Positions 13,014 to 24,400 of a stretch of 57,537 nt of DNA are shown in pieces (position 1 is the stretch's first letter; each line of letters starts with the position of its first letter). Made by a program: the position numbers and the translations under genes. The notes beneath the pieces were generated by a model that saw nothing but the letters and a program-made list of their open reading frames with translations, made no database searches and was not told the DNA's origin. Origin of the DNA: Phoronis australis (lineage: Eukaryota > Animalia > Phoronida); assembly GCA_002633005.1 (NCBI GenBank), contig NMRA01000075.1:762112-819648 (forward strand), written 5' to 3'.

Positions 13014-14145
13014 TTCAGTAACGCTGGGACTTGCACTAGCACCTAACAAAAATCTAGCCAAAGTCACGTGTTCTCATTTAAAATACACGGCAATATCTCA
13101 CGTAATCTCCCGAAGTCTTGCTTTTTAGCGAGGTAATAGAGTTACTGAACGGGGGGCAACCAGGTTTACGTTACATGGGAAGTTGCCCTGGTGATACATG
13201 CTTGAGATGGGAAACAAAAATATCACCTAAAACCTGTGCTGTTATCAATGTTTTTTAAGTATATTTCCTATTGCCATCCAATTTTTTATATATCGCATTT
13301 CATCTTTTATTGAACGTTCATTTTTATGTTTTTTCACTCGCACACTCATTTATATGATGGTGGTAAAACCACGAAGTACATACACAATATGTCTTTATTA
13401 CCATACCTCAAATTCACATGTGCAGATCTATTGGTGAATGTATGTTTCACGTGTTTAGTTGTATTGAAAAAAGTCCTAAATCAATGGTGCCGTTCCCGTC
13501 ACAGTAAAGCAAGGGGCCCAATTGTTGTGCGAACATAATGTGGCAAAGAGAAGCGCAGTGGCCTTGGAATGTAGAATACAGCAGCTTCTACGGAAAACAT
13601 GTCTCACACTGTGTTGTCTTCCAGCAAATGGAGTCTAAGCACACACCCCTTTCAACGTATCCAGTACCTGACCCTGTATTGCATGCAGATATTCAAGTGA
13701 TGTTCGATTGGGTTCATGGACTAGGAGTATTAGTGTTCGTATGCAGTTAAGTTCAAAGACCTTTGCCTAATAAAAATTCTTTACTCCCTCTTTTCCATTC
13801 ATGAAGATGAAGTTTTCAACCAATAATCGAAATTTTTAAATAATTATTTACAAAAGGCATTTCCAATCTTGGGTTGGTTTTTCGTAGTAACCGGTACCTG
13901 TAAAAGATAAATGGAAAAACAACGATCAAATATACTTGGGAGCCATTTTGATACATCAGTGTTCTCCACGACCAGTTTTAACATAAGGCTTCAACAGGAT
14001 AGAGTTCAGTAATGCTAGGACATTGCAAAAATCTAGCCAAAATCACGTGTTCTCATTTAAAATACATGACAACATCTCACGTAAACTTGCCGAAGTCTTG
14101 CATTTCAACGAAGTCCTAGAGTTTCTGAACTCAGGGCAGGTTTGC
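13014..14145 (+). repeat. Diverged direct repeat pair (~13014-13170 and ~14005-14145)
   Basis: Both copies share ttcagtaa..gct.ggac...caaaaatctagccaaa.tcacgtgttctcatttaaaatac...tctcacgtaa...ccgaagtcttgc. Confidence 0.8.
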
Positions 14146-14781
14146 CGGTGCTCCATCAGGTTTGAGTAACCTGCAACATACGGGCTTTTTTGCCCATAAC
14201 GAAGAATGACTGTCGGGTTGAGTCCGGCAGTTAGATCTTTCTGGCAGGTTTGGATTATCACTGACTATTATTTGGAATGACTCACACAATAACAGGAAAT
14301 TGTCACACATGAATGCGAGTCTAGACGTGATCAATCTGATTTGATAACTTGAAAATTTTAACCATTAAAAGAAAGCGTCCAGCGGGATTGTGTCATTCCG
14401 TACCAGTCCAATGTGGCAAAAGGTTGACCCAGATACACATGAACTCCTGACCTTATGCGGGGTGAAACTGTCTCTGTTCTCAATTCAGTTTGAACCCAAG
14501 ATGTAAAAATGTGGTGATAGTCTACTGTTTATGACCGTAATATTCCGCAGCAGGACTAATTCCAGATCAGCACTAACGCCGAAATGAATGATTAAAACAG
14601 GAAACGCAAAACTTTTGAACAGTTGACTCTGTAGTTGTTAGACTTCGCTGGAGAGGAAAATCCCGGCGTGACTGCATGGGCCTCGGTTCGCTTTAAACAA
14701 AACATGGACAAAAAAGGATTTACACGTATCTATGGCACTGCACTTAAGAATGGTATAAAGTTTAAGATCTTGACTCCTTAC

Positions 14782-16720
14782 TGTTGTATATCTTGACCTA
14801 TAGAGGTCGCTAGCAGTCCAGTTTTCGAAATAAAGTTCTTTACCGGAACTCACGACGTTTTTGTTGACTGCTTAATGAAGCAAACTTCTTTCGTTTGCTG
14901 GTTTCACCATTCGTTCTTGGTTAAGTTCAACGGTTGCTCTCAAATTTGGCCTGACTAAGTTCAGTCTCGTGTTCAGCATGCGACCCATCAGGAGCGTTGC
15001 TGGTGCCTGACCAGTTGATGAGTGCGGAGTGTTACGGTACGTCAATAAGAAGTCATACAGTTTTCTTAGGAAAGTGCCTTTGTCGCGCTTTCAAGAAGCC
15101 TCCATGGCCGACTTAAAGGTTCCCACGAATCTCGGCCAATCCATTCGTTCTAGGATGATACGGCGCTGAACGTATCAGGCGAATTCCGTTTCGTTTGAGA
15201 AAATGTTCGTACTCCGAAGAAATAAACTGGGGGCCGTTGTCACTAATGATTTGTTCGGGTACACCGAATCGTGCGAATATTTCGCGCAGCGCATCGACGG
15301 TTTGCTCAGCGGTAGTTGACGTCATTGGAATCACCTCTAGCCACTTCGAGTGAGCGTCAACCACAATCAGAAACATTTTGCCCATAAACTCGCCTGCGAA
15401 ATCAACATGGATTCTCTGCCATGGTCTGCTCGGCCACTCCCATGGATGAATCAGTGCTTCCTTGGGCATAGCTGCATTAGCTTGGCACCCGTGGCACGTC
15501 TTTGTCAATATTTCAATGTCCTGATCAATGCCTGGCCACCAAAAGCCACGGTACGACCTAGCGAGGGTTTTCATTTTAACGATGCCGAGGTGACCACAGT
15601 GCAGTTCATCGAGAATCCCGGGGCGCAAGCGTTCGGGAATAACTACCCTGATTCCCCATACCAGGCAATTTTGATTGATTGTTAATTCGGAACGTCTTGA
15701 ATAGAATGGTGCTAACTCAACGTCATGGATATCCCCATTATGCCATCCCCGCATAACGGCATCGTATACCTTCTTTAGCCTTGCGTCTTTCACGGTCTCC
15801 TGGCTAATCTCCTCAAGTTTTGAGTGATTGGCAGCGTATCAAACTGACCCAACATAAATACGTCCTCGGAGCCATCATCCCGTTTTGTTTCACCAGTTGG
15901 TTTCTTATTTAAGGGCAAACGTGACAAGCTGTCAGCGTTTCCATGCATTTTAGTGTTGCGGTATTCAATCGTGTACATGTAAGTGTAACCGGCCAAGAAC
16001 AGTGCATACCGTTGCAAACGAGCTGTCGTGGTTAACGAGATACCCTTTTGTGGGCTAAAAATCGATAGTAAGGGCTCGTGATCTGTCACGAGATTAAACT
16101 GCCTACCAAATAGGTAACACTGGAATTTTTTTACTGCCCAAATAATTCCCAATGCCTCCTTAATTGTCTATGAGAATAATTCTTCTCGGCTGAATTCAAC
16201 GATCTGGAGGCAAACGCTATCGGGCGTTCGCTTCCATCACTCATGATATGTGAGAGAACAGCACCTAGACCTTCTTTGCTTGCATCCCAAGCAAACCGAA
16301 TGGGCATTTCCGGGTCATAATGGGTGAGAACCTGAGCCGAAGTTATCAACCTTTTAACTTCCGCGAACGAGCGACTGCAGTCTGCAGACCATTTCCATAT
16401 AGTACTCTTCTGCAGTAGCTTGTTTAAGGGCGCCAGAACCGAGGACGCGTTTGGCAGAAAACTGCGGTAGTAATTTACTAATCCGAGAAACGATCGGAGT
16501 TGGCTCACATTTTTGGGGCAAGGTGCGTTGACTACAGCGTCAATTTTCTCTTGTGTCTTATGAAGACCTTGCTTATCAATTTCATGTCCACAGTAGCTAA
16601 TCCTCGATTTGAACATATCACATTTGTCTAAGTTTGCCTTGAGACCATATTCTTGCAAACGTTTAAGGACTCTTTCAATGGTATCCAGGTGTTCCTCAGT
16701 TGACTTTCCCGTTATGATGA
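14782..16720 (-). mobile_element. Ty3/Gypsy LTR retrotransposon pol pseudogene (RT C-terminus, RNase H, integrase), frameshifted; 5' part lost in N-gap
   Basis: RT IITGKSTEEHLDTIERVLKRLQEYGLKANLDKC...LRSFLGLVNYY; RNase H DASKEGLGAVL, TDHEPL, NADSLSR; integrase HCGHLG...CHGC zinc finger, HVDFAG, SDNGPQF, TNGLAE; RT-RH-IN domain order. Confidence 0.95.
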
Positions 16721-17531
16721 NNNNNNNNNNNNNNNNNNNNNNNNNNNNNNNNNNNNNNNNNNNNNNNNNNNNNNNNNNNNNNNNNNNNNNNNNNNNNNNN
16801 NNNNNNNNNNNNNNNNNNNNNNNNNNNNNNNNNNNNNNNNNNNNNNNNNNNNNNNNNNNNNNNNNNNNNNNNNNNNNNNNNNNNNNNNNNNNNNNNNNNN
16901 NNNNNNNNNNNNNNNNNNNNNNNNNNNNNNNNNNNNNNNNNNNNNNNNNNNNNNNNNNNNNNNNNNNNNNNNNNNNNNNNNNNNNNNNNNNNNNNNNNNN
17001 NNNNNNNNNNNNNNNNNNNNNNNNNNNNNNNNNNNNNNNNNNNNNNNNNNNNNNNNNNNNNNNNNNNNNNNNNNNNNNNNNNNNNNNNNNNNNNNNNNNN
17101 NNNNNNNNNNNNNNNNNNNNNNNNNNNNNNNNNNNNNNNNNNNNNNNNNNNNNNNNNNNNNNNNNNNNNNNNNNNNNNNNNNNNNNNNNNNNNNNNNNNN
17201 NNNNNNNNNNNNNNNNNNNNNNNNNNNNNNNNNNNNNNNNNNNNNNNNNNNNNNNNNNNNNNNNNNNNNNNNNNNNNNNNNNNNNNNNNNNNNNNNNNNN
17301 NNNNNNNNNNNNNNNNNNNNNNNNNNNNNNNNNNNNNNNNNNNNNNNNNNNNNNNNNNNNNNNNNNNNNNNNNNNNNNNNNNNNNNNNNNNNNNNNNNNN
17401 NNNNNNNNNNNNNNNNNNNNNNNNNNNNNNNNNNNNNNNNNNNNNNNNNNNNNNNNNNNNNNNNNNNNNNNNNNNNNNNNNNNNNNNNNNNNNNNNNNNN
17501 NNNNNNNNNNNNNNNNNNNNNNNNNNNNNNN

Positions 17532-17794
17532 CCGCACTCATCAACTGGTCAGGCCCCAGCAACGCTCCTGATGGGTCGCATGCTGAACACGAGACTGAAC
17601 TTAGTCAGGCCAAATTTGAGAGCAACCGTTGAACTTAACCAAGAACGAATGGTGAAACCAGCAAACGAAAGAAGTTTTGAACTCGGTGAGCACGTTGCCG
17701 TTAGAAACTATAGACCCGGAAACAAGTGGGTGCCTGGAGTAGTTAAGGAAAGAACTGGACTGCTAGCGACCTCTATAGGTCAAGATATACAACA
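17532..17794 (+). mobile_element. Inverted second copy of the Gypsy integrase C-terminus
   Basis: 17532-17677 matches the reverse complement of 14882-15027 with one mismatch seen; 17753-17794 is identical to the reverse complement of 14782-14823; encodes LMGRMLNTRL...VAVRNYRPGNKWVPGVVKERTG. Confidence 0.9.
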
Positions 17795-19530
17795 CTTACC
17801 TATGATATAAAAGGACTTTTAATGGGGAAGAATAAGCGATCGAGGAACTCTCACAGCATCATCGTGGACTCTAGGTCTTCGAAGCCCGCGACCACAGCCT
17901 GAACACAGATAAGCGGCGGCGAACGGGTGCGCATAAAGTACCGAGGCTGACCCCTCACTTTACTCGAATTTCAGAAAATTATTCAACGTTGACATTGTTT
18001 TAATTCCGGAATGCTCTCGCCGTCGAATATTGAGTACGCGACCTAGTAGGCGTAAACGAGGCCGCGGAGGAATACCCCCGAATTGTGTTTGACCTCGATA
18101 AAATAGCGCGTACGCTGAAGTGACTGAGGCCACGATCATTTAGAAAAGAAAAAATAACACGCCGGGGATTTGAGGCCACAGAACCCGGCGGGAAGGACGA
18201 GGCTTCGGGTGGGGGCGGGTGTCCTAGCGGCCCGCTCGAGAAGTTTCTGTCCGACGAAGTTGAATGGCAGTTGCCCACTTAACATCCGGGTCCGACATTA
18301 CCGTTTTAATATATAGATTGCGAAAATGTTGAAAATAATAGTCCGTTGTTACTTCTTTAAATTCGGCTGCTCGAAAATGATTCACTAGTTTCTAATCCTA
18401 AACACTACCCAAGACAGTGTCAACAAATGCTTCTTGGATGCTGCACGATGGGAATGGGTATGAAGATGAATAGCTCAGACCTTATCGTCGGACACGGTTC
18501 AAACGAATGCATTTTGACTGTTGTCTTGTGATGAAATAGGAGATCATGTGACATAAAGATATATGGTAATTGGCTGTCTGGAAGCACTGACCTGAAAACG
18601 ATATGTAAAGAGAGTATACATATGTCATGTCGACTTGCAAAGCCGAAAATCCTGTTAAACCTGAAATCGACAACAGAATGTTACCGCAATCGTCTGACAC
18701 GCTAACGGCCAACAAAGCAGGTGAACAACCAACCGTGAGCCGCCGGGAGATCTTGCGCCAAATTCCCCGCGACAGTAATCCAGAATTTGAGGATTACATT
18801 TTAATTAGGAAATAATGCAGTCTGAGTTTCATTAAATTATAAATTCCCACATTCACTGACATGTAAAATTGGCATGGACAAAGGTTATTTTCTGAAACTT
18901 GACTAGTTTGAAGGTCTAGAAGTCCTGTTCAAAAATTAGTTACGCGTAATCGGCGACAGCGGTGTTTATGGACCTTCGCCGGACTTGAAGGTCTTCGGGC
19001 TTGTATTTCGGACTTACGAAAACCCTTACTTTTGTCGGACTTGTGTATATTCGGAATTATGGTCCTTCGGATGAGTAAACCTTCGAACTTTTAGACCGTT
19101 TTTTAATACCCGGATTTGGACATTTGGGCAGAATTTAGCAGTATTCAGCTGATGCCAACAAATCAGTGTCTATAAAGTTTAGATATTTCCTCATCTTTAA
19201 GGCTTTTCACCGAATCCAGATACCAAGACTGCATAACCTGTTACACCACGCTGATATACAACTGTCACTGTTCTACCAGTTAATGACCGAAACGCCCGAC
19301 ATTCCTGACAGTGATTATCTCAAACTGATGTTTTCCGCATGTCATTTAAAAGGGTCTTGTGTAAATGTTTTCAAGGTCATGAAATCCACGTACTTAGGCG
19401 GTTCTGTAGCAAGAAAAGACTGTTGTGACCAAGTCCTAACCCAGAACCAACCACCTGTCTTAGTCGATTGAACTGGCGAAGACAATCAAGTTCAGCCAAT
19501 GTGACAAATATTAGTTAGCCTTCAGATAGG

Positions 19531-19604
19531 AAGGTATCTTCTGGGGCTACGGGAGTGCAACTCCTACAAGGTATCTTCTGGGGCTGTGATATTGCAACTC
19601 CTAC
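19531..19604. repeat. Tandem duplication 2 x 37 bp
   Basis: aaggtatcttctggggct...gcaactcctac occurs twice. Confidence 0.85.
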
Positions 19605-21341
19605 AAATAACTGTCGATTTAATTGGATAAAATTGAACAAAATGGGTAAGAAAAGAAACAGTAGGGCAGAAATTTCATTCAAATAAGTATTCTAAATTTA
19701 AGCGTTTTAAAAATTGATAACATGCATCTGTCTGTAATACATTAGTCCCACTAACACTTTTTAAGTGTGTGTTTCCTTAGCGTAATGGCGTTACTAAGTT
19801 TTGTTGTCATTTTCCTCAGAATGAATTGAATTATGCTTCATGTGGTCTTCCGTAAAATGCGTCCCTACACATTTTTGACTTTATTTTTATTCTTTCTTAA
19901 TTAGTTACATATATATTATACTTTGTTGATGGTCAGAGTTTAGCGGCCTATGACTCTGTTGCCAATCGTTTAATTCTTCTGTTTTATGATATAAAAATAA
20001 CAATAAACTAAGGTATCTCTTTCTCTGTCATTATCTGACAAATCAGTGCGGCAAGAGGTCAAATTTATAAAACTAACATTCTGTTTTAGAATATAGAATG
20101 CGACCGCTGTGAGCCAGTATTCACTCATCGAGACAGGTGAAGTAGCACAGTTTGTTGCTGTACATTCAGCCAATTACAAGCAAAATTTTCACAGGCACTG
20201 GTCTTGCAGACCGTTGATTCTTTTTCTTTTCTTGGTATTGTGTCACTTACAGTTAAAAACGTTTCATGTATTATAAGGCAGTACAAGATGATAGGTACAC
20301 GGCCTCATTTAATTTTACATATGCAAATGAGCATTTTTACCAAATTTCATGCCAATGAACAGCTTGTCGAATTTTTGTCACATATCGTCTGCACTATTCA
20401 TGATACAATGCATAGGCTGCAGGGCAGTAATTTACCTAATGTTTCAATTTTAACATCTTCCAGTTGACGGAACAGGCTCTCACGACTCGTTTTGATATAT
20501 CTGAGTGTGACCAGACTCTTCCAGTTAGCTTGCCAAGGCGTGCCATTTCACTCGCCGAGCACTGTCTTAAGGATCAATTAACTAAATCACTTCACATCTA
20601 AGTAAGAAGGTTGGGACCATTTTTCTAGCGGTGAGTGTTCTAAGTCCCAGTTCTAAGTCACAGTTCACTTCTTGGGCAGAACGCGCCAGGTTTACAGTCG
20701 ATGCGTCATAAAAGAAGTGATTTCTGTCACGAAAAAAAGTTTGACTTGGACCACTTACCGATAAGAAATTAGTCTCAAATTATTTCTTGGTCAAAACAGC
20801 CGTTATGTCTAGGACTCTGGGATTGGAAGGAAATATACCCTGGTGTTTAAGTTTTATTTAAGCATATCACGCAAGCTTAGAGTACTTAACATGTGCTTAA
20901 AACATATTGCTTAAAACATATTGCTCATTAACTTCAGTGGTGTTTATATTGTGTTCGACTAAAACTGAATTGTCACAAGCTATCAATCTGTGTCAGAAAT
21001 AAACCCATAACGGCACCTATCCATGTTTTCAATGACACACAATGGCAAGTTGCAGTAGCTTCTGTACAAACGCTTCTGAATTTGAGTGCGTGAAAGGAAT
21101 GACGACTTACTATAAAATTATGAATGTGCCTCATTCACACTTCGTAGAAATTGTTTTTATGCGCCACAAAGTTTTGACGTTCAACCGATGGTAGTCCTTT
21201 CTCTGGTCGTTTTTCGTGCAGCCAGTCTCCTGTCACATTTCATCATATTTCTTGACCATTGGCCACATCACCTCACTGACTATAAGCTAGAACTAAGATC
21301 AAGTCAAGTTTCATGTCGCAGTTCCACTGGCTATCTCCAAT

Positions 21342-21488
21342 TCACGTGAACGTTTTTTCTCTTTTCATTGACCCACGCCTTTTTACTGATTTCGTCATCC
21401 TTGAAAACAGTTCAGTTCTATATTTATCCCAAGTCTCTTTTGTTTGTAAAACTGAGCTGGCCTCTTCTTCACTCATATATTGTTTATA
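21342..21488 (-). CDS. CNBD gene terminal coding exon (YKQYMSEEEA...REKTFT*)
   Basis: tttctgttgcag| acceptor, 48 codons then TGA; WDKYRTEL helix motif. Confidence 0.85.
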   Translation of the reverse strand, partial: YKQYMSEEEASSVLQTKETWDKYRTELFSRMTKSVKRRGSMKREKTFT

Positions 21489-24400
21489 CTGCAACAGAAA
21501 ATACGCAAAGGTATAGGTACAAGAAACGTTATTTTTCCGTGATCCAAAAATTCCGTACCCCGTTTAGATTGAAACCGAAAACGTTAACAATTGGTCGCAG
21601 AACAACTATTTTTAATACATATATTGTTGATACTGAAACAGAAAACATCATAGGATAGCTGTACTTCATACAGAATGATCCATGCAAGGGAGTCATTTAC
21701 GCCAACGTTCCAGCATCAACAGTGCCCTAATGATGACCCGCTTGTCACACTGTGTCACTCCACTTCCGGACCTCCACGCAACGTCGTCGGCGAAATCCGT
21801 AGAGTGTGAGTTAAACACATGCCAATGTGAGTAGGACTTGCTTTCCAAGAAGAATGAATAAATTTGAGAAAATGAACTAAAAGTTTAGGAAGGTTTTAAT
21901 ACTTTTTTTTAGAAATGCTACGCACAAGAACGGCTGCATTCACTAGCCAATGACTTGAGAATAGAAACAATTAAATGAAACTCAAAGAAATTTTGAAACC
22001 AAGGTTTTACAAACTGAGGTCGATAGACGATCAAAAACACTGGTGACGATTTCGTTTCACTTTCTAAATTCTTACCATAGTTTCCACTTTGAGCATAGTA
22101 TTATTCGCCGCGTTCTGTAAGAAAAATCTTTTGCTAATCTTTATCACTTCCGCTCCGTCGCTGACGAGGCTTACACCTTGTCCTTCAGAAGCTAACGTCT
22201 CGTGCATGTGATCCAGGCCCTTAAATAGATCATAATTCCGTCAAATAAAGGATGAGAAAAGAAGCCTCTTGCTCAAGGTTATCTGGACATCGGTGAGTGA
22301 CATTACAACCAGCCTCTATTCATGTTTGTATCAAGCGTGATGCACACATAACGCACTGCATAAACTGACCGTTTGCACGGGTTTTTGTCGCACCCGCAAT
22401 TTCCCATTCGATTAAAAAACGCCCCCTGGCGCTTTTGGCTGTTGTGACTACTGTTCGACAAAAATGCAGACGTGGCGGTTTTGAGATCCCGTAGGCCCTG
22501 CTAAATACCCGGTAGCCATGTGCTATCACATTACCCCACATGTCATTGAAGTTTCGTTGCGTACTTTTGAGTAAATAGATCAATATTGTCCAATGGCGGG
22601 TTGCATGAAACAAAGAGGGACTCGCCTAAAGTCCCGAAATATGCGCGTGTGTGTCACACAATTAACTTGTTGAAAATTTTACATTGATGATGCGCCTGTG
22701 ATTCGTGACATGTTCAAATATTTATATGAAAACTGAATATAAACAGGAACAAAGATACTTCAGTGGATTTACTCCATGATGTAGCCTGTATTATTGCGTC
22801 TTGAAAAGGTCCCTACTTATAGACTATCAGTACTACTCGGAACTCAATTTAGAATTTACTGACGAGGTGTCAAAGTTAAAATTGACGAATCAGCGTTGAG
22901 AATTACAACGTGTGCGGTGAAAAGTTAAGGAACCGTAGTTGAGACCCTGTTTGGAACTGTTTCATGCAACCGACTGCACGGCTCCGCTTCATCAAAAGTC
23001 GTACGACTGATCTTAGCCAAGACGGTCGAGTTTCGATGTTTAATAGCAACAAGGGTGTGCACTGAGTGTCTCGCTTCTACAAAATGCTACATTGCCCTAC
23101 GATCAGGTTACGACCATTAACAGAAAGGACCACGAAATAAGAATCTATATACTTACAAAGACATCCCCTGTTTTAAGCTGGTCAAGTTGTAGAAACGTGC
23201 GTCTTTGGGGCGGAGAAGTTTTCTTCCGAGGACTAAAAACGGCGTCTAACTTTGTCCTTTCTCTGGTGAGCCACAGACTATGAGCGTCCAAATCCCCGCT
23301 GGAACTTGTTTCTTTTGTTGGGATGTTAATGCCTAGAAGCGGTGGTAGTGTTTCTTTTTTGCCTCTTTTGAACTTAAGTATGAAAAGATAAAAAACTTGT
23401 GAATCACTGCAACAAAAAACCTATTAACTCAAACTTTGCGTGTTTCATTAACTCGTCCACAATCCGTTCATTTTAAACATGGCTTCATCAGGGACACTTT
23501 TGAGTGTGTCGATTGAGTGATACCCCTCAATGATGGTCGATTTAGGTAATGGAACGGGCAAATAACACCATCCAGATAGAGTTTTCACATTTGAAAACTT
23601 TGCAAAATATATTTCATGAGATTTTTATTGTAATAATTGTCTAACGCAATGAAACTGTGGTTCTATACTACTGATTCTGTTCCTTTTTCCTCAAAGTCGA
23701 ATGCTTTTAAGCGATGCTGGACGTAAAAATGATATAGGTATGATAGATGGTGAACGTTCGTGACCATTGCCTTCGCAGCGTTTCAGACACGTGTCGCAAC
23801 TCCTTTTTATCCATTCGATTCGTGCTTCAGCAGTTTCGTATTTTTTCCATGGAGCTGATCTTATTTCAAAATAAAACAAGTTTGAAATCAATTAATGGAA
23901 AGACTAAATTATATTTTGGACGATCTCAATTTTTTGGTCGTTCGTACAACATGACGCAAGCAGATTAGAATTTTACCACTGAAAAGACGATTACAATCGA
24001 GTTCTTTTTGAGCGGTAAAACGAACAGAAGGAAAAAAAACAAGTAGCTCCAGGAATTAATAGTCAACGACTTAAGAGCGTTGGCGCTCGACTCTAAAATT
24101 GACCAATTGCATGAAGAAGTTATACTCAATTAATGCGATGCGTCATGATTACTTGAAACTGCATTTCGCCGCTGTTTAGCTTTCAAAAAACAAAGCCACA
24201 ATCGAGCCATTTTTGGGCTCATGAAATCGCTATCATAATCTCATTTAAACAATTGCAGGCGGTCTGATACATGTTGTACCAGACGTGCGCAGGCCTAATA
24301 ATCTCATTCACCGTGATAGGACTTCACACTACACAAACAACCTTGACAAGCATCAGCGACGAAAGAGTATGAAATTTTACGTTATTCAAGACAGAAAACA

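Noticed and set aside
13307-13316. ttattgaacg as partner of the mariner-like TIR at 422
   Set aside because: Only a 10-bp match; the terminal ccctcgta is absent
16609-17571. Long ORFs spanning N-runs (also 45053-45368 and 52849-53537)
   Set aside because: Open only because of assembly gaps
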